64,000 bases of DNA. Source: Octopus bimaculoides. Lineage: Eukaryota. The translations under genes were made by a program, and so were the position numbers. The notes beneath the pieces are model-generated. The model saw only the letters and a list, made by a program, of their open reading frames with translations, searched no databases and was not told where the DNA came from. Of the stretch, positions 12,006 through 24,956 are shown piece after piece. Each line of letters starts with the position of its first letter. Positions within the stretch are counted from its first letter, which is position 1. The stretch covers positions 150,836,541-150,900,540 of the forward strand of contig NC_068983.1 of NCBI RefSeq assembly GCF_001194135.2. The letters are read 5' to 3'.

Positions 12006-14040
12006 CTTGTAGAGAGATAATCTCTCACGGTGTACAAAAGAATTAGTCCCCCATGCTTGAATGAACATCATTGACCAAAACATATCGGACATAGGGTAAC
12101 ACTAAAATAAAATAAAGACAATAATAGCAACACCACCACCACCGACAACATGCACGAAGAACAACGAACAAGTAAACAATAAATATATATAAATATATAA
12201 AGGTATTCCTATTATTTCAGATACACATCTGGAATTAATCTTCGTGCTTTCTACTGTAACAAATGAAAGAAAAGAAAAAGAGAGAGAAAAAAATAGAGGC
12301 AAAACATTCCTTACAAACAAACAGAAAAAACAGGCTAAAATGAAAGGGAACATGTGAGAAAACATGAGTTTAAATAGTAAAATTCATGCAAGCATGAATA
12401 GTTCAAAACAAAACTACGAACAACAAAAATATACTGTATAAATGTCTTCGGTGCTAACTGCCAATAAAATATTACTTTCTTCCGGAAAGAAAGAAACATT
12501 TGTATTTCTTACTCTGTGTGTGTTTAAGCTTTTTCTGCTGGAGATTTTGTGGAAAGTTTTAAGTGAAACGATTTAGGCAGAGTAAGATCAGATTATATTC
12601 AAATCATTTCATGTAAAGTCAGACAATGCAGTTTGCCTTATTAACCAAATTTGTTTCACAGTGAAAGAAATCTCGGTGATTGAGAGAGATAGAGTGAGAG
12701 AGGGATAGATAGAGAGGGGGAGAGTGAGAGAGGGGAGAGAGGGGGGAGACACAGATACAAATGGAAGGAGACTTAAAAAAAAAGCAAAACAGAAATCCCT
12801 GAGAAACCTGGATAAGTTTGTTACGCTTTTTCGCATTCCCCACTCAAATGTTTCAGGGTCTTGGAAGTTCGCTTAATTGGTAGACTTACTTCTCTTATTT
12901 TTTAAAAAATTTATTTGATGTATACGTGCGGGTATATATATGTATGTGCGTGTGTGTGTGTGTGTACGTGTGCCCGCGTCTGTGTGTGTGTGTGTCTGAG
13001 TCTGCGAGTGTGCGTGTGTGTGTGTGTTTGTGTGCACAAAATGCCAACTTCAGGTGACGCCTATTTTTCTCACACCATTTTCACTTCATTTCACTCAAAA
13101 CTTTCTTTTTTTAATATACATACACACCCAAATACACACACACGCAGACACAAACACACACACACACACACACACACAAACACTTACACATTATATATAT
13201 AATGGTACATATACTTAAATATATGCAGATATGTGTGTATGCCGATAATTTTATATATATATATATANNNNNNNNNNNNNNNNNNNNNNNNNNNNNNNNN
13301 NNNNNNNNNNNNNNNNNNNNNNNNNNNNNNNNNNNNNNNNNNNNNNNNNNNNNNNNNNNNNNNNNNNNNNNNNNNNNNNNNNNNNNNNNNNNNNNNNNNN
13401 NNNNNNNNNNNNNNNNNNNNNNNNNNNNNNNNNNNNNNNNNNNNNNNNNNNNNNNNNNNNNNNNNNNNNNNNNNNNNNNNNNNNNNNNNNNNNNNNNNNN
13501 NNNNNNNNNNNNNNNNNNNNNNNNNNNNNNNNNNNNNNNNNNNNNNNNNNNNNNNNNNNNNNNNNNNNNNNNNNNNNNNNNNNNNNNNNNNNNNNNNNNN
13601 NNNNNNNNNNNNNNNNNNNNNNNNNNNNNNNNNNNNNNNNNNNNNNNNNNNNNNNNNNNNNNNNNNNNNNNNNNNNNNNNNNNNNNNNNNNNNNNNNNNN
13701 NNNNNNNNNNNNNNNNNNNNNNNNNNNNNNNNNNNNNNNNNNNNNNNNNNNNNNNNNNNNNNNNNNNNNNNNNNNNNNNNNNNNNNNNNNNNNNNNNNNN
13801 NNNNNNNNNNNNNNNNNNNNNNNNNNNNNNNNNNNNNNNNNNNNNNNNNNNNNNNNNNNNNNNNNNNNNNNNNNNNNNNNNNNNNNNNNNNNNNNNNNNN
13901 NNNNNNNNNNNNNNNNNNNNNNNNNNNNNNNNNNNNNNNNNNNNNNNNNNNNNNNNNNNNNNNNNNNNNNNNNNNNNNNNNNNNNNNNNNNNNNNNNNNN
14001 NNNNNNNNNNNNNNNNNNNNNNATATATATGTATGGGACC

Positions 14041-14400
14041 TGTGGAGGCATAATGGCCCAGTGGTTAGGGCAGCAGACTCGCGGTCGTAGTATCGCGGTT
14101 TCGACTCCCGGACCGGGAAAACATTTATAGCTCCATGAGTCTCCGACAGGGGGTGGTGGCGAGCCCTGCTGTTCTCTTTCACCACAACTTTCTTTTACTC
14201 TTACTCCCTGTTTCTGTTGTACCTGTATTTCAAAGGGCCAGCCTTGTCACACTCTGTGTCACACTGAATCTCCCCGAGAACTACGTTAAGGGTATACGTG
14301 TCTGTGGTGTCTTCAGCCACTTGCACATTAATTTCACGAGCAGGGTGTTCCGTTGATCGGATCAACTGGAACCCTCATCTTTGTAACTGAGAGAGTGCCA
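14041..14400 (+). mobile_element. SINE-C, near full length
   Basis: A box TGGCCCAGTGG, B-box-like GGTTTCGACTCCC; body and tail match 29639-30020 and 60637-60998. Confidence 0.92.
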
Positions 14401-14664
14401 CGTATGCATGGGATCTAGTTAAACTGATTCACAAAATCTGTATTTTTTAAAAGGAAGTAAAAAATCTGAATATCGGCTATATTAAAGTAGTTTTCTATTT
14501 GAAAATTGGTTATGAAACATGTGTAGTCGTTTTATTATCATTACTTTATTATCATTACTTTGCATTATATTATACTTATTTATTGTGCTTTTACTTATTA
14601 ATCTTTCTATATGTGACAGTGGATTTTCATCGATGAGTTCATGAGCCTTGGTTCCTTTCCCTAA

Positions 14665-14709
<45 letters not shown>

Positions 14710-14719
14710 AACATATATC

Positions 14720-14950
14720 TGCGTCTGAGTGCTATCAGATCAAGGATATTGCAAGATCAAGGCTTTAATTCTCGAACCGGACGATGCGTTGTATTCTTGC
14801 GGAAAACACTTTACTCACATTGCTAGAGTCCACTTAGCTGGAAAGGAGGAAATCTGCGAAAGAATGGTGTCTCGTTCGGGAGAAACGTCGTAATCATTTA
14901 TGCGCCATGGAAACAGGGTGACTGGCTCTATGTGTCTTGGGAAACGACAC
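14720..14950 (+). mobile_element. Old degenerate SINE (CORE-like + V-like body)
   Basis: AACACTTTACTCACATTGCTAGAGTCCACTTAGCTGG resembles the SINE-E core; downstream part resembles the SINE-D tail. Confidence 0.35.
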
Positions 14951-15450
14951 AACAATTTAACGGGATATACAGACTTTGGGCGACTCACTGTCGGCAAAAT
15001 AAAATGGAACGAATCATATGAAAAAGTCATAATATTCTTCAGGAGGACTGATGTTAGTCAAAGGTGAAGTGCATAACGTGTGTGTATGTGTGTGTATATA
15101 TAGATGTCATTCTAGTAAAAACAAAATTCAGATGAAACTTGTACAGAAAACTGCATTTTCAAGACTCTGTTGTACAAATGCGCAATAAATTACACTTGTA
15201 TTTCTTTATAAACTAGAAATCATGGGAAAATTGTGACACTAACGTGTTTCTGAATTCATGTAACCAGCATTTCAAAATTCAAATTCTTTTTTAATTTTGT
15301 GTACGAGGTCTTTTTTTTTTTGTGAAGTGCCAAGTTTTTAAAATATATAAAATATAAATAAAAGCATTTTTAAGGAAATTGCATTTCATGAAATGTTTCG
15401 TTTTATTTTGAAAGGATTTTAAAGCATATTCTTGCTTCTTTTCCCTTGGT

Positions 15451-15636
15451 CTTTTACTTGCTTTAACCACTGCTCGTTAGGTATGCCGGGACACCGCCTT
15501 GACGGGTTTAGTCGAACAAACGGCCCTCAGTACTTATTTTATTAAGCCGGGAAATTTTCTAACCCTTCTCTACTAAAACCGCTAGATTACGTAGATGTAA
15601 AGAAACCAACACCAGTTGTCAAGCGCTTGAGGGACA
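15451..15636 (-). mobile_element. SINE-A 3' half, diverged
   Basis: Reverse complement of the 2597-2793 module. Confidence 0.75.
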
Positions 15637-15699
15637 TACACAAATACAAAGACAAACACACACACATAATACATATATAAATGTGTGTATATATAAATG

Positions 15700-15740
<41 letters not shown>

Positions 15741-15760
15741 TTAGATATACACACATATGT

Positions 15761-15960
15761 ATTCTTTTACTTGTTTCACTCATTTAACTATGGCCATGTT
15801 GCAGCCTCGCCATTAGAGGGTTTTAGTCGATCAAATCGATCCCAGAACTTATTTCTTTAGCCTAATAGTCATTCTTTCGGTTTCTTTGCCGAACCGCTAA
15901 GTTAAGGGGACAGAAACATACCAACACCGGTTGTGAAGTAGTGATGGGATGACAAAGATA
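15761..15960 (-). mobile_element. SINE-A 3' half (its 5' half is at 16700-16842)
   Basis: Tail, GTCGA..TCGA motif and GAACCGCTAAG present; followed by (CA)n. Confidence 0.85.
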
Positions 15961-16001
15961 GATACAAATACACACACACACACACACGCGCTCACACGCG
16001 G

Positions 16002-16052
<51 letters not shown>

Positions 16053-16060
16053 TATATATG

Positions 16061-16690
16061 GGTGACGGATTGTCTCGTCGTGAACGGCAAATGAGGATTC
16101 AGTAAAACAAAGCAACAATCATGATCGTTGCACACGAATGTCTCTTGAGACCTGCTGGTGCCTTGCAAACCTTTTGGCAAATGGAACAAGTTGAGGACTC
16201 AGTTTGCTTGAGTGCTTGTAGATCAGCCATTATATGTTTTCTTGAGTGGACGGCAAGGCCTGCGTTGCTTCGTGACACAAAACCACAATGACAAGTAAGG
16301 TTTCCCGATGGTGGAGTCGACTTTGCTCAGATCTTTGAACTGAGGAGAAGCAGGAGTGGCAGCAGATCCTGTGTTCTGATGCTTTGTTTTCTCAGTAAGA
16401 AAAGGGCATGTTGCATCGCTTCATATTGTCTTTTAGTTTGTCTTTGAAGTGCGCGAGTGGCCTTCCAACTGGCCTTCCTGTTGGGAATTAGCCAAAGAGT
16501 TGCTTCGGAATCCTGATATCACTCATAAGTGAAAGATGACCTGACCATCTAAGTTGTATTTTGATGAAGATGGCATAAATACTTGCTGTTCGTAATTCAG
16601 CTGTTATGAATATGGTCACTCGGTTTTATGTTGGAGATAGTACGCAAGCATTGCATATGAAAAACGTCAAGCTGACTGATGTGCTTTCAG
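16061..16690 (-). pseudogene. RTE-clade LINE 3' fragment inside the SINE-A microsatellite
   Basis: HISQLDVFHMQCLRTISNI; KIQLRWSGHLSLMSDIRIPKQLF; GRPVGRPLAHFKDKLKDNMKRC are typical of the RTE ORF2 C-terminus. Confidence 0.85.
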
Positions 16691-16699
16691 TGCAGTGTC

Positions 16700-16842
16700 T
16701 ATATATACACACGATGGGCTTCGTTGAGGTTCCGTTTACCAAATCCACTCACAAGGCTTTGGTCGGCCCGAGGTTAAAATAAAAGACACTTGCCATGGGG
16801 CTGGGAAGCAAGGTTCTTACCGCGCAGCCACGCCTGCGCCTA
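16700..16842 (-). mobile_element. SINE-A 5' half with internal deletion
   Basis: CAAATCCACTCACAAGGCTTTGGTCGGCCCGAGG..CAGCCACGCCTGCGCC. Confidence 0.88.
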
Positions 16843-16854
16843 CATATAATCTTT

Positions 16855-17335
16855 AGAATCTTTAAATTGTTTCAGTTTCAAAGCTGCGGTCATGCTGGGG
16901 CACCACCGTTGACTGTGCTACACCATTATTTTGAAACCTCCTCTGATACGTGGCATTTGGTGAACGAGGGGGTTTGATGCTGTTGCCCTCATCTGTGTTT
17001 CCTACCGTGAGGTAGGCGAAGAGCTGTGGGCCCTTGAAACCCAAGGTGTTGCAGTATTTGGTCCTGTATTTTGATGGAGATGCTGGGATCTTTGGCACTA
17101 TGCAGTGGCGCTCCGTTCTGTTGTTTGTGTAGCTTTCAACGCCAAAGTTTGGTACAAGGCCTTCCAAGATTTTCCAGATATATATCACTGCATATGTTTT
17201 CCGCCTTCGCTCTAGGGAGAAGAGTTTTAATTCTTTCAGTCTTTCGCAGTAGCTGATACGTTGCATTAAGATGATTTTCTTTGTTTAGCTTCGATGGATT
17301 GCTTCGAGTTCTGCTGTTAATTTTAAATTCTTTGT
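16855..17335 (-). pseudogene. 5'-truncated CR1-like LINE 3' end, including the 3' tail
   Basis: LTAELEAIHRS..SYCERLKELKLFSLERRRKTYAVIYIWKILEGLVPNF..GFKGPQLF, then a tail similar to the SINE-A tail. Confidence 0.88.
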
Positions 17336-17990
17336 TTTCTGATTTGGAGCATAGACAAATAAGTCTTGCAAACTACCAACTCTGGAGCAACCCAACATAA
17401 AGTTAACCATGAGAAAAGCAAGCCTCAATTAAGTGCAAGCCAGTAGATTTCAAAGTCTGATCTTGAGCTTTATTAATAGACTTTGCGAAGCAAAGTCGCA
17501 CTGGGAATAATTTTCGTTTGCTCTTAAATGGCATGTCTGTTGGTTTGATTGGAATTCTTGGAATGAAAACCTCTTCTCCAGAGGTACATCTAATGATGAT
17601 GGTAGATTCTATCACATTAGGCGATAATGTCTTCACGATCAACCTTGTCCCATTGCATAATTTAGGAGGATCTAAATTTCTTAGAAGCATTATTAGGACT
17701 CCTACCTTCAGAAAAAGTTTATGTAGAAGAGTTCCAGGCAGCTCAAGAGAATTAAGGAACTCTGATGTGTAACGGACTGCTTGATTTTCATCAAGGACTG
17801 AACCAACTGATTTGTACTCCTCAATGACTTCTGGGATCTTATTCATTAATTCATGGTTAATCCTGCTACTGTCTCATTTCCTGGAACAAGAATTACTCTT
17901 TCACACAACCATTTATGTGAATTAGAGGGATTAAATGGAAAAATGAGTTACGTGAATATCTTCACAAGAGTGATTGAAATAAATGGCGAT
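17336..17990 (-). pseudogene. Helitron PIF1-like helicase C-terminal fragment
   Basis: WLCERVIL; EFLNSLELPG..HKLFLKVG..IMLLRNLDPPKLCNGTRL; IPRIPIKP..FPVRLCFAKSINKAQDQTL..CFSHG..YVGCSRV. Confidence 0.92.
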
Positions 17991-18236
17991 TGTGGAACGC
18001 CGCACCCACGCACACACAGACACAGACACACAGACACACAGACACATACACACACATACACACACACTCTCATTCTGTCTGTCTGTCTCACACACACACA
18101 CTCACAGAGTATCAAACATCAGTGTGTGTGTGTGTGAGAGAGAGGGAGAGAGAGAGAGAGAGCGAGTGAAGGGGTGTGTTGTCACGTATGCGTGCATATA
18201 TAAATATGCATACATCTTTTTTGTATGTGTGTGAGC

Positions 18237-18301
<65 letters not shown>

Positions 18302-20399
18302 AGTGCCATTTAGACATCACTCTCTCTCTGACTAACACACACACGTGCGCACACACATACATACAAAAAGATGTATGTATATGTATTTCTGTATGTACGT
18401 ATACATGAAAACACCCCCCTTCACTCACTCACACAGACACACACACACAAAAACACACATGCACATACATAAATGCATACAAACATACATAGAAAGACAC
18501 ACGTGTGCGCGTGTGACTGACTACANNNNNNNNNNNNNNNNNNNNNNNNNNNNNNNNNNNNNNNNNNNNNNNNNNNNNNNNNNNNNNNNNNNNNNNNNNN
18601 NNNNNNNNNNNNNNNNNNNNNNNNNNNNNNNNNNNNNNNNNNNNNNNNNNNNNNNNNNNNNNNNNNNNNNNNNNNNNNNNNNNNNNNNNNNNNNNNNNNN
18701 NNNNNNNNNNNNNNNNNNNNNNNNNNNNNNNNNNNNNNNNNNNNNNNNNNNNNNNNNNNNNNNNNNNNNNNNNNNNNNNNNNNNNNNNNNNNNNNNNNNN
18801 NNNNNNNNNNNNNNNNNNNNNNNNNNNNNNNNNNNNNNNNNNNNNNNNNNNNNNNNNNNNNNNNNNNNNNNNNNNNNNNNNNNNNNNNNNNNNNNNNNNN
18901 NNNNNNNNNNNNNNNNNNNNNNNNNNNNNNNNNNNNNNNNNNNNNNNNNNNNNNNNNNNNNNNNNNNNNNNNNNNNNNNNNNNNNNNNNNNNNNNNNNNN
19001 NNNNNNNNNNNNNNNNNNNNNNNNNNNNNNNNNNNNNNNNNNNNNNNNNNNNNNNNNNNNNNNNNNNNNNNNNNNNNNNNNNNNNNNNNNNNNNNNNNNN
19101 NNNNNNNNNNNNNNNNNNNNNNNNNNNNNNNNNNNNNNNNNNNNNNNNNNNNNNNNNNNNNNNNNNNNNNNNNNNNNNNNNNNNNNNNNNNNNNNNNNNN
19201 NNNNNNNNNNNNNNNNNNNNNNNNNNNNNNNNNNNNNNNNNNNNNNNNNNNNNNNNNNNNNNNNNNNNNNNNNNNNNNNNNNNNNNNNNNNNNNNNNNNN
19301 NNNNNNNNNNNNNNNNNNNNNNNNNNNNNNNNNNNNNNNNNNNNNNNNNNNNNNNNNNNNNNNNNNNNNNNNNNNNNNNNNNNNNNNNNNNNNNNNNNNN
19401 NNNNNNNNNNNNNNNNNNNNNNNNNNNNNNNNNNNNNNNNATATATATATATATATATACACATACATACATATATATACACACACATGTATGATATTGG
19501 TGAAGAATTCACCAATAAAGAAATTAATGGCAGCGTAAAGTTGTAAAACAGAAAGGGTAACGTTTCGCCATAAATACATTAATATATTCTGCTGACAGCA
19601 ATGTACTATTTGAAGGGATAACACACGGCTTTATATCTGATTTATCACACTCAACTTGAATTAAACTGTTACGAAAAATCTCGCGTGACTCTTCCAAAAA
19701 TAAATATTGCCCAAAGCTAATATTTATTAACTAAGTGAATGTGAAGCATTCACAACTTGTATTCACCCGTTTACTTGCTTTATTTGTCTGTCTATTTATT
19801 TGTTATGATAACCATTTCGATATTTGTTGAAGTTGGAATCAAATTTTTGACAGTGTCAAGCACTAAATTTTATTCAAAACTGATCTATACGCTTTGAATA
19901 GAAATAAAAATTGATCTCTCCTTTCAGCAAAAGATTTTATTTTTCTGTACTGATAAAAGGAGTCAGTAGTTTAGAGCTTCGTTTAAACAAGTAAACAAAA
20001 ATATCGAGCGATTATCAGAAAGATCGTATTCGGTTACAATAGGCAAGATGTTAGAATGCTTAGCTCTTAAAAGCCGAGTTCACATAGCGGCAATGTACCA
20101 TAGATTAGTGTGTTTCTCTATTGGAAATAGCACTGTGAATGGGCAAATATTATGCTTGCCTTGTAATACTGTGATCAGTTTCTCTCGCAAGGAGTATTAC
20201 TACTTAAAATTGCAGAGTACAGAGTCGAATTTCGTCATTCGGTAATGATTAACTACATTGAAGGGGATTAAACATTTGTGTATCCTTTCCATCCTTTCCA
20301 TTCAATAACAATTCTACACTTCTTGGAGTACTGCACTTTGTTTGGTCAATAGTTTCTTGGAGTTCCAACTTAATCTCGAATTTATTTTTAATCACGGAA

Positions 20400-20960
20400 C
20401 TGCAGAGTTTCTAACAAGGATTGTTTCGAGTGAGGAGGCTACATTTAAGTAAAATTGCTTAAGCGCCACAACTACACATTTTACAGAGTAACGTCATGTT
20501 ACTTTACCAGAAGTTACAGTAGAGTGCAGTTTATCGTCAAAAGTATTAATTGGACCATTGTTTTTTGACAGCACTATGACGAGTCACATTTATTCGAACT
20601 TGCTGCAATAATCTGTCAATCCAAGCATTCAAGAGAACTTCAAATATGTGCGTTTTATTTCTAGCAAAATGGAACACCCCGACAATGTCAAAATTGTAAG
20701 GGCTTACTTTAATGAGATTTTACCAAACAGAGGGATGAAGGATTTCAGTGAAATATCCTTTGCTTTCAGCAGACCTCACACCACTAGACATTTTAATGAG
20801 GTGCTTATAAGATAACTTCTCACTCGATTCAATTTTCGTATATGAAATAGTAATATAAAATACTCATGGACAAGCAATTGAACCAAAGACGGAAGCATAT
20901 TGGATCATAAGACTGTTCAGTTGGGACTCATCTGGAGATAAGCAACAAAAGTACCGTAGA
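20400..20960 (+). pseudogene. Highly degenerate Tc1/mariner-superfamily transposase
   Basis: RIVSSEEATF; LIGPLFFD; QNGTP..VRAYFNEILPNR; SADLTPLD (SPDLTPLD-like). Confidence 0.55.
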
Positions 20961-21001
20961 TGTTCAATAAAAATCATACCTCTTTATAAGGATATATATA
21001 T

Positions 21002-21038
<37 letters not shown>

Positions 21039-22578
21039 NNNNNNNNNNNNNNNNNNNNNNNNNNNNNNNNNNNNNNNNNNNNNNNNNNNNNNNNNNNNNN
21101 NNNNNNNNNNNNNNNNNNNNNNNNNNNNNNNNNNNNNNNNNNNNNNNNNNNNNNNNNNNNNNNNNNNNNNNNNNNNNNNNNNNNNNNNNNNNNNNNNNNN
21201 NNNNNNNNNNNNNNNNNNNNNNNNNNNNNNNNNNNNNNNNNNNNNNNNNNNNNNNNNNNNNNNNNNNNNNNNNNNNNNNNNNNNNNNNNNNNNNNNNNNN
21301 NNNNNNNNNNNNNNNNNNNNNNNNNNNNNNNNNNNNNNNNNNNNNNNNNNNNNNNNNNNNNNNNNNNNNNNNNNNNNNNNNNNNNNNNNNNNNNNNNNNN
21401 NNNNNNNNNNNNNNNNNNNNNNNNNNNNNNNNNNNNNNNNNNNNNNNNNNNNNNNNNNNNNNNNNNNNNNNNNNNNNNNNNNNNNNNNNNNNNNNNNNNN
21501 NNNNNNNNNNNNNNNNNNNNNNNNNNNNNNNNNNNNNNNNNNNNNNNNNNNNNNNNNNNNNNNNNNNNNNNNNNNNNNNNNNNNNNNNNNNNNNNNNNNN
21601 NNNNNNNNNNNNNNNNNNNNNNNNNNNNNNNNNNNNNNNNNNNNNNNNNNNNNNNNNNNNNNNNNNNNNNNNNNNNNNNNNNNNNNNNNNNNNNNNNNNN
21701 NNNNNNNNNNNNNNNNNNNNNNNNNNNNNNNNNNNNNNNNNNNNNNNNNNNNNNNNNNNNNNNNNNNNNNNNNNNNNNNNNNNNNNNNNNNNNNNNNNNN
21801 NNNNNNNNNNNNNNNNNNNNNNNNNNNNNNNNNNNNNNNNNNNNNNNNNNNNNNNNNNNNNNNNNNNNNNNNNNNNNNNNNNNNNNNNNNNNNNNNNNNN
21901 NNNNNNNNNNNNNNNNNNNNNNNNNNNNNNNNNNNNNNNNNNNNNNNNNNNNNNNNNNNNNATTATTTCTCTTCCTGCTTGCTTCACATATGGTGAGACA
22001 TGCTTACAAATTTTAACATAATTAACATCTGGAACCTGTGAGACTGACCAATTAAAAATGGTTTTTCTTTCTCTTACAACAAACCGAAAAAATAATAGAA
22101 ACCAAAAAGAATATTTGTAAACTTTTCTTTTAGAAAAAAATATAAAGTTTGGGAGTTTTTGGAGTGTAGAAGTGTTATTAACGACAAATGTGAAATGATA
22201 TGATCTTAGCTGGGAATTGAAACCATGTCATGGATTCTCTTTGATCCGATCTTATCGTCAAAGTTTAGTAGCTTTCATCATATGAATAAATAATTAAAAA
22301 TGCGAGTCAATAGGTGACCCTCTACGTGGTAACGTGCCTTGTTATAAATAACAGCCAAATGTCCTCAGAATGTGTTGTAATCGTGGTGGTGACATTATGT
22401 CTTAAAATGCAGGTGTGCAACGCTTAGAACATCTTTGTAGCTCTCTTCTTGCAAGGACGGCTCCGTAATACGAAATTGAGGACCAACCAAAGCTAATATG
22501 GGACAGAAATTCTTGATGTGGCGTAGTGAAAGACATCTCTCTTGCACTCGTATATATGTATATACATGGATACATACA

Positions 22579-22612
<34 letters not shown>

Positions 22613-22689
22613 CATACATAATGTGCATGAATGTATGTGTGTGTGTGTTAGAGAGAGAAACAGAGAGAGAGAGAGAGAGTGATATCTAA

Positions 22690-22825
22690 GTGGCACTCAC
22701 ATACTCTCTCTCTCTCTCACACACTCTCTCTCTTTCTCACACACTCTCTCTCTTTCTCACACACTCTCTCTCTTTCTCACACACTCTCTCTCTTTCTCAC
22801 ACTCTCTCTCTTTCTCACACACATA
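22690..22825. repeat. About 20-bp minisatellite (CACACTCTCTCTCTTTCTCA)n
   Basis: About 5-6 near-perfect units. Confidence 0.9.
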
Positions 22826-22834
22826 CAAAAAACA

Positions 22835-23553
22835 TGTTTGGCTTGCAAGGGGGATACACAAAGTATTCATATTTCCTTTGCTTATGGGACAGCAGAGCTG
22901 ATGATGATCATTACAAGAGAGTACATTGGCCCCCATGAGTGGAACTGCAGCCAGGAACGTTAAATGTTCTCAAATAGCCTCCAGTAGATTCCAACAAAAT
23001 CTTATTACCCCCACTTCACATCAAACTCGGATTGGTAAAACAGTTTGTGATGGCCTTAAATTTTAGAGGAGAAGCTTTTCAAGAAGTTTGTCTTATCTGA
23101 GGCTAAGATCAAGGGTGCAAGGGTGGAATATTTGTCGGGCCCCAAGTAAATGCAATGTTAAAGTGAAGAAACTGGAAAAAGCGATGACAAAAGTTGAAAA
23201 AGAAGCTTGATGTGCATTTCGTGATGTAGTTCGTGGATTCTTAGGAAATCACAAGAATCTTAATTAAAAACAACTGGTAGCAAAGCTTATTGAAATTTTC
23301 AAGAAAATGGGTTGTCGTATGTCCTTAAAGGTTCATTTTTTGCACTCTCACCTAGATTTTTTTCCCCGAAAACTTGGGTGATGCCAGTGAGAAGCATGGT
23401 GAGAGATTTCATCAGGACATCGCAACTATGGAAAGAAGATACCAAGGACGATGGGATACTGCTATGATGGGAGATTATATATGGTCTCTAATCAGAAGAG
23501 ATGAAGGTATACACTCCAGAAAATCTCGATCGTCGAAGCACTTGTCATCTTAA
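22835..23553 (+). pseudogene. Chapaev3-like (CMC) DDE transposase, C-terminal half
   Basis: GLQGGYTKY..LCLWDSRA; LLPPLHIKLGLVKQFV; GIFVGPQ; FLGNHK; MGCRMSLKVHFLHSHLDFF; HGERFHQDIATMERRYQGRW..MMGDYIWSL. Transposase identity is strong; the subfamily name is from recall. Confidence 0.8.
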
Positions 23554-24370
23554 GAAAAGAGTTATCAAGGCATTTACAGTGCAGAGTTTTATTATTTCTT
23601 TTTGTTCTAACTAATATTATATTTCCTAAATACCTTTCAATATATGAAAAAGTAGTAAATGTTGTGTAATTATCCTTACAATACGAGAATAGATTGAACC
23701 AACAAAGTGCTGTAGAGAAAAGTTACAAATACAACGAGCAAATATAAAATTAGGAATAAATAAATAAGTATCGATGTTACGTCAAAACGAATGTGATTTT
23801 TGAATTTAGTGGCAAAAATGTATATATGAACATTAAAAATACAAATATACAAATGAACAAAACATATGTTACGTTGTGTTATCTGTCCAGCTCCATGTGT
23901 TTTTACATGCATACTATAGAAGGAAGATATATTCTCCGTAACAATTACTATTACTGCGAAAGTATTTCAATGCTTGAGTAGACAATTGTTACTTAAATAA
24001 AAACGTAGATGGCTTCATTTTAATCGCCATAGCTTAATTTGCGTAAATAAACTAATTCCAGCTTGACAAAGCTCAGCGTAAACCTGCAAACGTGTTTCGC
24101 TGTTTATATATAGGACCGACACAGTTGCTACAGGATTGTAAAATACTATTAACCGAAGAAGCGTAATCACGCAGAGACACGTGTATTACAGTCCAATTAC
24201 ATCAGTCTAAGCCCAGCATGCTATTTTACCCACTTTGTATATAAAGAGAATATCTTCCCCAAGACAATTATTCCAATAATGAAAAGCTTACCACGATTGA
24301 GTGTAAAGATACGTGTTAAATATAAATATACTCACATATATTTCAACCTTCGCTCTTAGTGGGCTTAAAG

Positions 24371-24409
<39 letters not shown>

Positions 24410-24924
24410 NNNNNNNNNNTGTGTGTGTGTGTGTGTGCGTGTGTGTGTGTGCATGTATGTATGCTTATGCGTGTTTATCTATTGTATGTCTGCTGAAACA
24501 AATAGATTTACTTATGTTAAAAAAAAAAAAAAGATGAACAAAGGAAAAAAAAACAAGTAACAAAAATTCCAAATAAAAGAACTGAAAATAATTAAAACCC
24601 CAGGAGCGCCATCACCACAACGACCACTACCAACAGCAACAACAACAATTGCAACAACAGAAATAAAACGAAATATTCGCAACAAAAAAATAGCAAAGAG
24701 AAGGAGGAAAACTAAGACAAACATAAAATTAAGCTCTATAGACATGCTTTCCTTATATAAAAATTGAAGAACGAAATAAATTCTGAAACAGAATCTGGAA
24801 GTAGTGTTCTCGTCTTTGTAGGCATATATTAATTGTTTCTTGTGTGAAATTGAGCCGAGTTGTGTTAAAGCTATCAATCAGTTACCAGATGGCGACCGGG
24901 CATATACATACATACATGCATACA

Positions 24925-24956
<32 letters not shown>

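Noticed and set aside
16061-16105. This RTE as the partner of SINE-C
   Set aside because: Only a skeleton (CCTC..CGT..CGACG) is shared. The SINE-C tail may derive from some RTE, but this copy does not demonstrate it.
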